Part shown: in pieces, positions 31,585 to 39,995 of the stretch
How positions within the stretch are numbered: position 1 is the first letter of the stretch
How the letters are laid out: each line of letters opens with the position of its first letter
Source of the DNA: Gemmatimonadota bacterium
GTDB taxonomy: Bacteria > Gemmatimonadota > Gemmatimonadetes > Palauibacterales > Palauibacteraceae
NCBI GenBank assembly: GCA_965116475.1
Contig: OZ220691.1
Location: forward strand, 1,376,001 to 1,440,000
Direction of reading: 5' to 3'
DNA: 64,000 bases
Notes under the pieces: generated by a model
What the model was told of the DNA's origin: nothing
The model's input: only the letters and a program-made list of their open reading frames with translations
The model's database searches: none
Translations under genes and position numbers: made by a program

Positions 31585-31666
31585 CGTTCCCGCGGGAACG
31601 TTTGGTTCGGCCGGTCGCCCAACTGGCGGGTACGGACGTTCCCGCAGGAACGCGTTGGCGGGAACG
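31584..31666. promoter_or_regulatory. cluster of parS-like palindromes (CGTTCCCGCGGGAACG)
   Basis: Perfect 18-bp palindrome at 31584-31601, a 1-mismatch copy at 31637-31652, half-sites at 31626-31634 and 31658-31666; the arms match the GTTCC-N4-GGAAC form of parS. Confidence 0.55.
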
Positions 31667-31770
31667 TTGCCGAAACGGGGCGTGGGGCCGACCTTGTGGC
31701 GCGTTGCCCGCCGGGTGCGGGTGACCCGATCTCCGTCGCCGAACCGCCGCACAAGGATGGCTTACGAAGA

Positions 31771-31941
31771 ATGAGTACGATTCTCGGGATTCTGCTGCTC
31801 TGCACGGTCGTCGTCGCCCTGCTGCTCGGACAGCTCGCCCGGCTGTCCGTCCGGGAACGCATCCTTCAGACCGGCGCCATGCTCGCCGCGGCCTTCATCT
31901 TCTACGGCCTCGTCGCACTCCTGGAGTCCGCCACCCACTAG
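31771..31941 (+). CDS. small two-TM membrane protein
   Basis: 56 aa, two hydrophobic segments, GC3-rich codons. Confidence 0.65.
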   Translation: MSTILGILLLCTVVVALLLGQLARLSVRERILQTGAMLAAAFIFYGLVALLESATH

Positions 31942-32351
31942 CCGTGTACGATCTTTGAGCCCTGCCAGGCGGCGATGCCGATCATGAAGGTCGCGAACAG
32001 GCCCAGCAGGAGGACGAAACGCCGCAGTCGACGGTCGTCGCGCTCGTGCAGCGCGAAGGCGGCGAGCGCGCCGGCCGTGAAGGCGGGGACGGCCGCCCAC
32101 GTGGCCCAGAAGCGGTGGGTCTGGACGATGCCCGGCCGCACGAAGGTCCGGTCCGCGACGACATCGGCCGCGGCGAGGCCGGTCAGGTAGGCGGGGGCCA
32201 CGAAGGCGCCGGCGATGACGAGGGCCACGAGCCCCCACAACTCGAGCGGCTCGCGGTTCCGCGCCCACCCGTACAGGCCGACGGCGCTCCCGCTCGCGGC
32301 GAGGACGATGGGGAACGAGTGCGAGATGATGTGCAGGTGTTCCCAGCTCAC
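31938..32351 (-). CDS. four-TM membrane protein (DUF2231-like)
   Basis: H....HSFPI, ..TG..AA, H..W, G..IVH pattern with hydrophobic helices. Confidence 0.7.
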   Translation of the reverse strand: MSWEHLHIISHSFPIVLAASGSAVGLYGWARNREPLELWGLVALVIAGAFVAPAYLTGLAAADVVADRTFVRPGIVQTHRFWATWAAVPAFTAGALAAFALHERDDRRLRRFVLLLGLFATFMIGIAAWQGSKIVHG

Positions 32352-32358
32352 CGCGCGC

Positions 32359-32429
32359 CGCCTCCGTTCCGGGCGCGGCCTCGGCTCCGGGTGCCGTCTC
32401 CGCTCCGGGCGCCGCCTCCGCTCCGCGCG
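32359..32429. repeat. degenerate 18-bp tandem repeat x4
   Basis: CGCCTCCGCTCCGGGCGC-like units at 32359, 32377, 32395 and 32413. Confidence 0.85.
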
Positions 32430-32450
32430 TTGCCGCGACTCGTCATCGTC

Positions 32451-32478
32451 TTGACACGCCTTCCAGCCCGGCTAGAAT
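32451..32478 (+). promoter_or_regulatory. sigma70 promoter of tRNA-Glu
   Basis: TTGACA-16 nt-TAGAAT just upstream of the tRNA. Confidence 0.8.
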
Positions 32479-32494
32479 ATCGCTTCCCAACTTT

Positions 32495-32567
32495 GCCCCC
32501 TTCGTCTAGTGGCCCAGGATACCTGGTTCTCAGCCAGGAGACAGGGGTTCGATTCCCCTAGGGGGTA
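32495..32567 (+). tRNA. tRNA-Glu(CTC)
   Basis: Acceptor GCCCCCT/AGGGGGT, D-arm GTCTAGTGGCCCAGGAT, anticodon arm CCTGG-TTCTCAG-CCAGG, T-arm AGGGG-TTCGATT-CCCCT; CCA not encoded. Confidence 0.96.
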
Positions 32568-32670
32568 TGAGGCGCCGCGGCAGGTCCCGACCGGACCCCC
32601 GCGGCGCTCGTCACATCCGGACGGTCCGGGCGGAGCTGGATCCGGGCCACGATCCGGGTCACGGTCCGGG

Positions 32671-33501
32671 TCACGGCGTGCCCGGCGCGTTCAGGCTCCA
32701 GTCGTAGCCGTGGTCGAGCGAGCCGTCGAAGTCCCGGAGCTGCTGCGCCAGGTCGCCCTCGGCGTAGTTCCGCAGGTGTTCGAGCACGCCCGCCTCTGAA
32801 TCCCCGAAGTCCTCGCGGTACCAGAAGTAGATGCTGGAGACGATGGCGGACGCTTCGTCGAGGATTTCCGCGCCCCGGGGGTGGTTCACGTAGTCTCGCG
32901 CCGCCTGATCGAGGAGCCGCTCCAGGTTCTCGGCGGTGTAGGCCTCCGGGGCCAGGTTCGGACAGCCCATGCTGGCGCAGTTCACGCCGTAGTGGATCCG
33001 GGCGTCCCGCCAGATGGGACGCAGGATGTCGTGCTCGATGTTGTCCAGCGTCAGCGGGTGCCCGGCCACGCTCGCGTGGATGTCGCGCCAAGGGCCCGTG
33101 CCGGGGATCAGCCCTTCGTGGATGTCCTTGATCGACTCGACGGGATAGGCGTCCACGACGACCCGAAGCGTCACGGCGTTGTAGAGGTTGATCCAGTACG
33201 CCATCTGCACGTCCTTCGCGTACTGCCGCGGGTCCAGTCCCTGCAGGTCGTCGATGTAGGCGGCCAGGCGCGCCCGGTCGGCGGCGTTCCCGCGCAGCTT
33301 CGCGTAGTCGACGAGGTTGATGCCCGACGGGTCGTCGGTGATCAGGTAGGCGTCGAGCAGCGCCTGCCACTCGCCGTGGTCGAGCCGCGCGGTATTGGCC
33401 GGGTCGTGGGCGTCCCAGGCGACATCGGTGGACGGCCCGGCGCAGGAGATGACGCCGAGCGCCAGTACGCCGAGAACCGCCCGGGAAGCGAAGCGTGTCA
33501 T
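32671..33501 (-). CDS. DUF547 domain lipoprotein
   Basis: Lipobox VISC; AYWINLYNA, TLD.IEH.ILR, D.RIHY.VNCAS.GCP.L, SSIY.WY..DF, YDWSLN. Confidence 0.92.
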   Translation of the reverse strand: MTRFASRAVLGVLALGVISCAGPSTDVAWDAHDPANTARLDHGEWQALLDAYLITDDPSGINLVDYAKLRGNAADRARLAAYIDDLQGLDPRQYAKDVQMAYWINLYNAVTLRVVVDAYPVESIKDIHEGLIPGTGPWRDIHASVAGHPLTLDNIEHDILRPIWRDARIHYGVNCASMGCPNLAPEAYTAENLERLLDQAARDYVNHPRGAEILDEASAIVSSIYFWYREDFGDSEAGVLEHLRNYAEGDLAQQLRDFDGSLDHGYDWSLNAPGTP

Positions 33502-33526
33502 CGAAGCGAAATCCCTTCCAGTCGTT

Positions 33527-34270
33527 TCAGTTTCCTGCCTCCTGCGACCGGGCGGCGCGTGCGGCGCGCCACTGCTGCCAGCGGAGCCGGGCGATCATCG
33601 AGAGGATTCCGGCGCTGGCGCCGACGACGCCCCGAACCGTGCCTCCCACCTTCGACCGGCCGTAACGGCGCCGCAAGGTGTCCACCGGCACTTCGACGAC
33701 CCGCAGGCCGTGCTGGATGGCCTTGACCTGCATCTCCACGGTCCAGCCGTACGTGCGGTCCCGCATGTCGAGGCGGCGCAGCGCCTCCGCCCGTATCGCG
33801 CGGTAGGGACCGAGGTCGGTCACCGCCGTCCCCCACAGGAGACGTATGAGCAGCGCCGCCACCCGGTTGCCCGCGATCTGCGGCGCCGACAGGGAACCCG
33901 GCTCCCTCCGGCCCAGCGCGCGCGAGCCGATGGCCAGGTCGGCCCCGCCGGCGACGGCGTCGAGCAGCCGGAGTCCGTGCGCCGCCTCGAACGACCGGTC
34001 GCCGTCGGTGAACAGCACGATGTCGACGGGACGCAGGTGCGCGAGGGCCGTCAGGCAAGCCAGCCCGTAGCCCGGCGTCTCCTGCCGGACGGTCCGCGCC
34101 CCCTCCTCCCGCGCGCGGGCGGCGGTCGCGTCCGTCGATCCGTTGTCGCAGACGACGAAGTCGTCGACCACGCGGCGGCCCTCATCGTCGCGCAGCGCCA
34201 GGAGGTCGGCGACCACCTCGCCGATATTCCGCTCCTCGTCCCTCGCCGGCACGACCACGCCCACCGTCAT
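33527..34270 (-). CDS. glycosyltransferase family 2 (DPM-synthase-like)
   Basis: VVVPA.DE, DNGSTD, GYG.AC, DGD, TDLGP.RAI, YGWT.EMQ.KA, SK..GT; alternative GTG start at 34282. Confidence 0.92.
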   Translation of the reverse strand: MTVGVVVPARDEERNIGEVVADLLALRDDEGRRVVDDFVVCDNGSTDATAARAREEGARTVRQETPGYGLACLTALAHLRPVDIVLFTDGDRSFEAAHGLRLLDAVAGGADLAIGSRALGRREPGSLSAPQIAGNRVAALLIRLLWGTAVTDLGPYRAIRAEALRRLDMRDRTYGWTVEMQVKAIQHGLRVVEVPVDTLRRRYGRSKVGGTVRGVVGASAGILSMIARLRWQQWRAARAARSQEAGN

Positions 34271-34300
34271 TCCCGCGTACACGCCGCCCCGGCCCTCCGC

Positions 34301-35365
34301 TCAGAAGTCGACCTGCGCGAGGAACTGAAACTGCCCGTCGGACAGCGTCGGCGCGTGGGGGGAGTCGTCGAGGGCGGTTGCATACTGCAGCCCGAACCTC
34401 GCGTAGCCGTCCGGATACAGGTTCAGCCCGAACACCATGAACTTCCGGTCGGCGCCCAGGGCCGGCCGAAAGCCGTCGTACCGCACGACGCCCTCGAGCA
34501 GCCCCCACGGCCGATAGCCGAACTGCACGTAGCCGCCGTACGCCTCGGTCTCGGCCGGTCCGCTCCCGCTGAGCGGAGCATCGAGATCGAAGTCCGCCCG
34601 CAGGTACTCGCCCGTCAGCGTCAGGCTGCGGTAGGAGACCTGAAGGTCCGCGCCCCAGTACAGGCGGTTGCCCGCAAAATCGGACGTGATTCCGGGAGCC
34701 GCCGATCGGTCTCCGGTGATGATGCCCTTTCCGAGCGGCGCGGAGGTGTCCTCCGAATACGCCAGGGAGGCTCCCGCCTGTACGACGAGTTCGTCGTAGA
34801 AGGCGATCGTGCCGATCGAGTTGTACTGAAAGCGGCCGGCAAACATGTAGTTGTCGTCGTCGTTCGTGACGGACCGGCCGTTGCCGTTGTAGAGGCCGGC
34901 CCCGTAGGTGAACCGGCCATCGAGCGCCTGCCCGCCCGCCTGTACGCCGATCTGCCGGTCCGGCCTGAGGGCGGTCGCGGCCTGCGAGCGTTCGACGAAC
35001 GTGATGTCGCCGCGCGACACGGTGGTTTCGTAGCCGAAGTAGGGCTTGAACATGCCGAAGCTGAGCTCGAATTCCGGAATCACCGGCATCGTGACCACCG
35101 CATCGTGGATCCGGAACGCGTCCCGCGCCGCATCGTAGCGGACAACGAACTTGTAGTCGAAGACGAGCCCGACGGCGCCCTCCACCCTGAGGCGGGAGTC
35201 GAAGAGCCGGAACCCCTGCCCGCCGAGGGTGGAATCGGCATGCGCGCGGGCTCCGGTACGCAGCAGCCCGCCGACCTCGATCGGGGAGGCCTCCTGCGCC
35301 GCCGTTCCCACCGGAATGGCCAGGCCAAGCACGACGACCGTTCGCGCGCACATTCTCGCGATCAT
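34301..35365 (-). CDS. outer-membrane porin (OprO/OprP-like)
   Basis: Signal peptide, R.R..G, G.FKP.F..E, F.ERS, R.IG, G.YNG.G, amphipathic strands, C-terminal Phe. Confidence 0.75.
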   Translation of the reverse strand: MIARMCARTVVVLGLAIPVGTAAQEASPIEVGGLLRTGARAHADSTLGGQGFRLFDSRLRVEGAVGLVFDYKFVVRYDAARDAFRIHDAVVTMPVIPEFELSFGMFKPYFGYETTVSRGDITFVERSQAATALRPDRQIGVQAGGQALDGRFTYGAGLYNGNGRSVTNDDDNYMFAGRFQYNSIGTIAFYDELVVQAGASLAYSEDTSAPLGKGIITGDRSAAPGITSDFAGNRLYWGADLQVSYRSLTLTGEYLRADFDLDAPLSGSGPAETEAYGGYVQFGYRPWGLLEGVVRYDGFRPALGADRKFMVFGLNLYPDGYARFGLQYATALDDSPHAPTLSDGQFQFLAQVDF

Positions 35366-35399
35366 TCACCTCTCCTTGTCGTCCAACCGCTGGCGCCCA

Positions 35400-36134
35400 T
35401 CATTCGGGATCCTTGGGTTCGGCGGGTTCGGCGGGTTCGGCGGGGTCGAAGCCCGTGTGGAAGTATCGCCAGCCTCCCAGCCCGATCGCGGCGTTGATCC
35501 AGAAGTGCCCGACAATGGCGGGAAACAGGCTCTCCGTCCAGATGACGCTCGCCGCGAGCACGATGCCGAGTGCGGTCGCCCGGATGACGCCGGCCAGCTT
35601 CTGGTATCCGTGTCCGAGGCCGAACGACACCGAAACGAACACCGCGGCCAACCAGGGGTTCCCGATCCACGCCGAGATGGCCCCCAGGGCGAACCCCCGG
35701 TAGGCGTACTCCTCACATACCGCCGCAATGGCCGAGAGCACGAGGAAGGCCCGCTTCTCCCCGGCGTCTCGCGGCATCAGCAGCAGCACGGCCTCGGTCT
35801 CCCGGAGCCCGGCCAGGCGGGCGGCCGCCGTGATGAGCCACGCGAGCGCCAGACCCGCGATGGCCACGCCGAGTCCCCGGAGGAGCGAGGCGGCCGGCGC
35901 ATCGACCGTCCAGCCGAGCGCGGAAGCGGGCACATCCTGCCACGCCGCGACGCCGAGGGTCACCAGCCCGAGGACGACCAGCGAAGCTCCGACCGACACA
36001 TACAGCAACCGGCGGTGTTTTGCCGCCGCGGCGAGGTCCGCCCCGCGACGGGCATCGAGGGCGGCGAGAACGGGCATGCCGATCAGGAGCAGCACAGCGT
36101 ACGCCGCCGCGATCGGACTCGGAGCTTCGGGCAT
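35400..36134 (-). CDS. CPBP (CAAX-like) intramembrane glutamic endopeptidase
   Basis: EEYAYRG, FGLGHGYQ, H...N motifs with multiple TM helices. Confidence 0.9.
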   Translation of the reverse strand: MPEAPSPIAAAYAVLLLIGMPVLAALDARRGADLAAAAKHRRLLYVSVGASLVVLGLVTLGVAAWQDVPASALGWTVDAPAASLLRGLGVAIAGLALAWLITAAARLAGLRETEAVLLLMPRDAGEKRAFLVLSAIAAVCEEYAYRGFALGAISAWIGNPWLAAVFVSVSFGLGHGYQKLAGVIRATALGIVLAASVIWTESLFPAIVGHFWINAAIGLGGWRYFHTGFDPAEPAEPAEPKDPE

Positions 36135-36290
36135 GGGCCGACGGATACGAGGAGAAGGCCCGAGGTGCAACAGGCGACCCCGCGGCGGCCGGGCCGTTGA
36201 CACCGTCGCGAGGTTCCGGGACGTTCCCCCGGCGGCGGTATCTCGTGGCCGCCGGCCTTTCGGCACTTCACTCGAACGAGTGCGGAACGC

Positions 36291-37184
36291 ATGCCGCTCG
36301 ATATCGCGATCGCCCAGTTCCGGCCCGCCAAGGGCGACCTCGACCGGACCCTGGACGCTTGTGCCGCGACGATCCTGCGTGCCGTGCGGCGGGAACCCCG
36401 GCCAGGTCTGGTCGTGTTTCCGGAGACGGCGCTCACCGGGTATTTCCTCGAGGGCGGCGTGCGCGAGCAGGCGATTTCCAGCCGGGAGCTGTTGCGGGCT
36501 CTCAACTCGCGGACCGGTTCGGATGCGGCCGGCCTCGACGTCGCGATCGGGTTTTACGAGCGGGATGCGGGGGGCATCTACAACTCGGCGCTATACGCGA
36601 CGCTGGGACCCTCGGGAGGCATTCGCCACGTCCACAGAAAGGTGTTCCTCGCCACCTACGGGGTCTTTCAGGAAGAGCGCTTCGTAGAGGCGGGAGCCGG
36701 CATCCGGGCGTTCGACGGGCGGCTCGGGCGCACCGCCCTCCTGATCTGTGAAGACGGCTTTCATTCGATCTCCGGCACCCTTGCCGCCCTCGACGGGGCC
36801 GCGATCGTTCTCATCCTCAGCGCCTCGCCCGCGCGCGGGGCGGCCCCGGGGGCCGGGGTGCCCGAGAACCTCGTCCGCTGGGATGCCCTCGCGAGCGCGG
36901 TCGCCGCCGAGCACGGGGTGTTCGTCATCGTGTCGCAGCTGGTGGGATTCGAAGGGGGCAAGGGGTTCGCCGGCGGGTCGGCGGCCTACGATCCGCGCGG
37001 ACACCGGCTTCTGGCCGGGCCGCTGTGGGAGGAAGCGCTGCTGCCCGTGCGGATGGACCTCGACGAGGCCACGCGCGCCCGCGCGGAGGAGCCCCTCTAC
37101 TCCGACCTGGAGCGGTCGTGGACGCGTCTTCTCGTGAACAGTCCCGGATCCGGAGTCGGCCGACCCCCCGCCGAGATCGAATGA
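36291..37184 (+). CDS. nitrilase/carbon-nitrogen hydrolase (probable glutaminase partner of NadE)
   Basis: Catalytic triad FPE / HRK / ICED; ATGA overlap with nadE. Confidence 0.88.
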   Translation: MPLDIAIAQFRPAKGDLDRTLDACAATILRAVRREPRPGLVVFPETALTGYFLEGGVREQAISSRELLRALNSRTGSDAAGLDVAIGFYERDAGGIYNSALYATLGPSGGIRHVHRKVFLATYGVFQEERFVEAGAGIRAFDGRLGRTALLICEDGFHSISGTLAALDGAAIVLILSASPARGAAPGAGVPENLVRWDALASAVAAEHGVFVIVSQLVGFEGGKGFAGGSAAYDPRGHRLLAGPLWEEALLPVRMDLDEATRARAEEPLYSDLERSWTRLLVNSPGSGVGRPPAEIE

Positions 37185-38059
37185 ACGGAGCGTGGCCGCC
37201 GGCGGGGATCGCCGACAGCCGTGCGCCGCACCCCGCCGATCCGAGTCCGCTCGACATCGACACGAACCTCGTGCGGACCTGGCTCGTTCGGTTTCTCCGC
37301 GAGGAGATCGAGCGTCGACGCGGCTTTCGCCGGGTCGTGGTTGGGTTGTCGGGAGGCGTGGATTCCGCCCTCACCGCGGCGCTGTGCGCGAAAGCGCTCG
37401 GCCCGGAAGCGGTGCTCGCCCTCCTCCTGCCGTACCGGACTTCGAGCCCCCGGAGCCGCGAGCACGCCCTGCTCGTGGCGGAGAAATTCGGGATCCCGAC
37501 GCGCACGATCGAAATCACGAGCGCCGTGGACGGCTACCTCGACGAGTTCGAGCCCGAGGCGGGCGAACACCGGAGGGGCAACGTGGCCGCTCGCCAGCGC
37601 ATGATCGTCCTCTTCGACCAGGCCTTCAAGCTCTCCGCGCTCCCCGCGGGCACGGGAAACAAGTCCGAGCGCCTGCTCGGCTATTACACCTGGCACGCGG
37701 ACGACTCCCCTCCCGTGAACCCGCTCGGAGACCTGTTCAAGAGCCAGGTGTGGGCGCTCGCGCGGGCCGTCGGCGTGCCCGCCGAGGTCGTCGACAAGCC
37801 GGCGACGGCGGATCTGATCCAGGGACAGACGGACGAGGAGGATTTGGGCGTCACGTACCCGGAGGCCGATCTCATCCTCCACCACCTCATCTCCGGACGC
37901 GGGCGGGAGGAGCTTGTCGAGGCGGGGTTCGAGAGAAGAAAGATCGAACTCGTGGCCGGACGGCTCGAGAACACACACTGGAAACGCCACCTGCCGACGG
38001 TCGCGATGCTCTCGCCGACGGCGATCGGGGAGTGGTACCTGAGACCGGTGGACTACTGA
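37181..38059 (+). CDS. nadE: NAD+ synthetase
   Basis: GLSGGVDS, GN..AR.RM, GTGNKSE..LGY.T, P.GDL.K, K..TADL..GQTDE. Confidence 0.95.
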   Translation: MNGAWPPAGIADSRAPHPADPSPLDIDTNLVRTWLVRFLREEIERRRGFRRVVVGLSGGVDSALTAALCAKALGPEAVLALLLPYRTSSPRSREHALLVAEKFGIPTRTIEITSAVDGYLDEFEPEAGEHRRGNVAARQRMIVLFDQAFKLSALPAGTGNKSERLLGYYTWHADDSPPVNPLGDLFKSQVWALARAVGVPAEVVDKPATADLIQGQTDEEDLGVTYPEADLILHHLISGRGREELVEAGFERRKIELVAGRLENTHWKRHLPTVAMLSPTAIGEWYLRPVDY

Positions 38060-38081
38060 GAGGCCTCGCGCCGGGAGCGGT

Positions 38082-38597
38082 TCACGGCTCGTAGTAGCGG
38101 AAGATCTTGAGTTCGCCGTCCCAGTCGAGGACATCCTTGAAGATCTGCTGCGGCGGGACGAGCTTCCCGTCGCGTTTGAGGGTCACCCAGCAGTCGGTGC
38201 GCACGACGAAGCTCTCGAACGCCTCCGTGGGCCCGCGGCACTCCGCGTCGATGAACTGCAGCTTCCGGTTCTCGTACACGGCGAAGAGGTCAGAGAGCGC
38301 CGCGCGGTTCCGCGTCCGGATGTTTTCCCACGCGAGGTCGACGGGGTAGTTCACCTCCGGCGCCGAGGCCGGGAGTTCGGGCCACACCAGCTCGTTGTGC
38401 TCGACCTCGGTGAGGCGGACGGTTTCGAGGCTCACGGTATCCGCTGCGGCCAGCCCGACCAGAACCGTGGTCGCCAGTTCCTCGAGGGAGCCGGCGGAGC
38501 CGGGCAGCCGCTCCGTTCCGTCGGGCGCGGCCCCTCCGCAGGACCCGATAAGGATCGGCAGCAGAGCCGATACAGGGACGAGGCGCGTGCGCCACAC
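38082..38597 (-). CDS. hypothetical lipoprotein
   Basis: Signal peptide ending IGSC; co-oriented downstream of the TBDR/lipoprotein pair. Confidence 0.65.
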   Translation of the reverse strand: MWRTRLVPVSALLPILIGSCGGAAPDGTERLPGSAGSLEELATTVLVGLAAADTVSLETVRLTEVEHNELVWPELPASAPEVNYPVDLAWENIRTRNRAALSDLFAVYENRKLQFIDAECRGPTEAFESFVVRTDCWVTLKRDGKLVPPQQIFKDVLDWDGELKIFRYYEP

Positions 38598-38634
38598 GCG
38601 AGAGCTCCGCCTGTCGAATGCGAATCGATTTCGG

Positions 38635-39975
38635 CTATCCCTGGTCCGACGTGGTCCAGCCCTCGATCCACTGCGGCGCGCCCGGCGCGAAGGCGCCGAT
38701 GTAATCGACCGCCTCGAAGAAGTCGCTGCCCGCGGGCGGCTCGGCGTAACCCGTCGTCAGCGGCGAACCGCCGGACGGGCGGAAATCGGGCGCCATGAGG
38801 CTGAACGGGTCGGCGAGCATCGGATCGATATCCATCACGTTGTCCCAGCCCGCCGTCATCCAGAGGGCCTCTTCGTCGATGTCGGGGATCTCATTGTCTT
38901 CGGCGCCCTCGAAGGACCGGCTCTCCTGGCCGAAGACGTAGCTGTTCCGAATCTGAACTCGATCCACCGTCTCTTCGTTGTCGACATCGAACCCCTTCTC
39001 GAATCCGAGGATCACGGCGTTGTAGACCATCCCGGCCGTGCCGCGACGGAAGATGATCCCTCGCGAACTCTCGCCCGCGGAACCCGTTCCGGCCTCCTTG
39101 CCGACCAGCGTCACGTTGTAGATCGTCGGGTCGGTGAACGGCTCGGCGTTGAAGTCCTCTTCGTTCCCGTCGACCTCGAAGCCGTTGTCCGCGTCATGGG
39201 GGTCGTGTTGCGCGGCCCAGAACTGCCCGCGGCCCTGCCAGCCCGTCGAATAGTCGAACGAGTCATCGGAGGCGCCGGTGACGTAGGCGTATTTCAGGTC
39301 CACCGTACCGCCGAAGAACTCGATGCCGTCGTCCGAGCCGAAGTGCGACTGGATGTGGTGCAGCAGGGTGCCCGAACCCACGCCGTTCAGGGTGAGGCCG
39401 TTCAGTTCGTTGCCGAAGCTCACCTCGTACCCGCCGTACTCGATCCGCACATAGCTGAGTTCGCCGCTGTCATCATCCGTCGCGGTCCCGCCGTAGGGGC
39501 CCGAGTTGCCTTCGCCGACGCACTCGTCCGACGGAAAATTGCAGTTCGAGCGGCCGTTGAGGACGACGCCGCCCCAGTCGCCGCGGCGGCGGCTGCCTGC
39601 AGGGTTCGAACTCGTGAACACGATGGGCGCTTCCGCGGTCCCGCGCGCCACCAAACGACCGCCCTGCCGGACGATCAGCGCGGAACCGGTGTACTCCACG
39701 TCGCCCAGCAGGAGGGTCCCGGCCGGGATCGTGAGCGTAGCCCCGTCCTCGATGATCGTCGTGCCCTGGATGCGGTATGTGAGGGCAGGGTCGAGCGTCA
39801 TCGACTGCGTGATCGTGCCGGACAGCGTCGCGACGTCGGCCGGCGGCTCCGGCGGCGGCTCCGACGGCTCCGGCGAAAGCAGGTCCCCGTCGCCTCCGCA
39901 CCCCAGCTGGAGGCCCCCGAGGAGCAGGCCGGTCAGCGCGAGCCCGGCGCGGTGGTTTCGTCGTCCCGAATTCAT
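38635..39975 (-). CDS. acidic beta-helix-type lipoprotein associated with a TBDR
   Basis: Lipobox QLGC; LTIPAGT, G.L.A.GT..APIVFTS, GDWGG, DSG.L.YVRIEY.G, DDGIEFFGG, DDSFD, YIGAF...W..GW. Confidence 0.85.
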   Translation of the reverse strand: MNSGRRNHRAGLALTGLLLGGLQLGCGGDGDLLSPEPSEPPPEPPADVATLSGTITQSMTLDPALTYRIQGTTIIEDGATLTIPAGTLLLGDVEYTGSALIVRQGGRLVARGTAEAPIVFTSSNPAGSRRRGDWGGVVLNGRSNCNFPSDECVGEGNSGPYGGTATDDDSGELSYVRIEYGGYEVSFGNELNGLTLNGVGSGTLLHHIQSHFGSDDGIEFFGGTVDLKYAYVTGASDDSFDYSTGWQGRGQFWAAQHDPHDADNGFEVDGNEEDFNAEPFTDPTIYNVTLVGKEAGTGSAGESSRGIIFRRGTAGMVYNAVILGFEKGFDVDNEETVDRVQIRNSYVFGQESRSFEGAEDNEIPDIDEEALWMTAGWDNVMDIDPMLADPFSLMAPDFRPSGGSPLTTGYAEPPAGSDFFEAVDYIGAFAPGAPQWIEGWTTSDQG

Positions 39976-39995
39976 CTTCTTGTTTCTCCTGTTCG

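Noticed and set aside
31584..31601. Palindrome as lipB terminator or LexA box
   Set aside because: No loop or U-tract; GTTC-N6-GAAC does not fit GAAC-N4-GTTC or GTTC-N7-GTTC.
32567..32570. Missing CCA on tRNA-Glu as a sign of pseudogenisation
   Set aside because: All arms pair, a strong promoter is present, and many bacteria add CCA enzymatically.
32495..36134. Genomic island integrated at tRNA-Glu
   Set aside because: No integrase, no duplicated tRNA 3' end, and no obvious compositional break.
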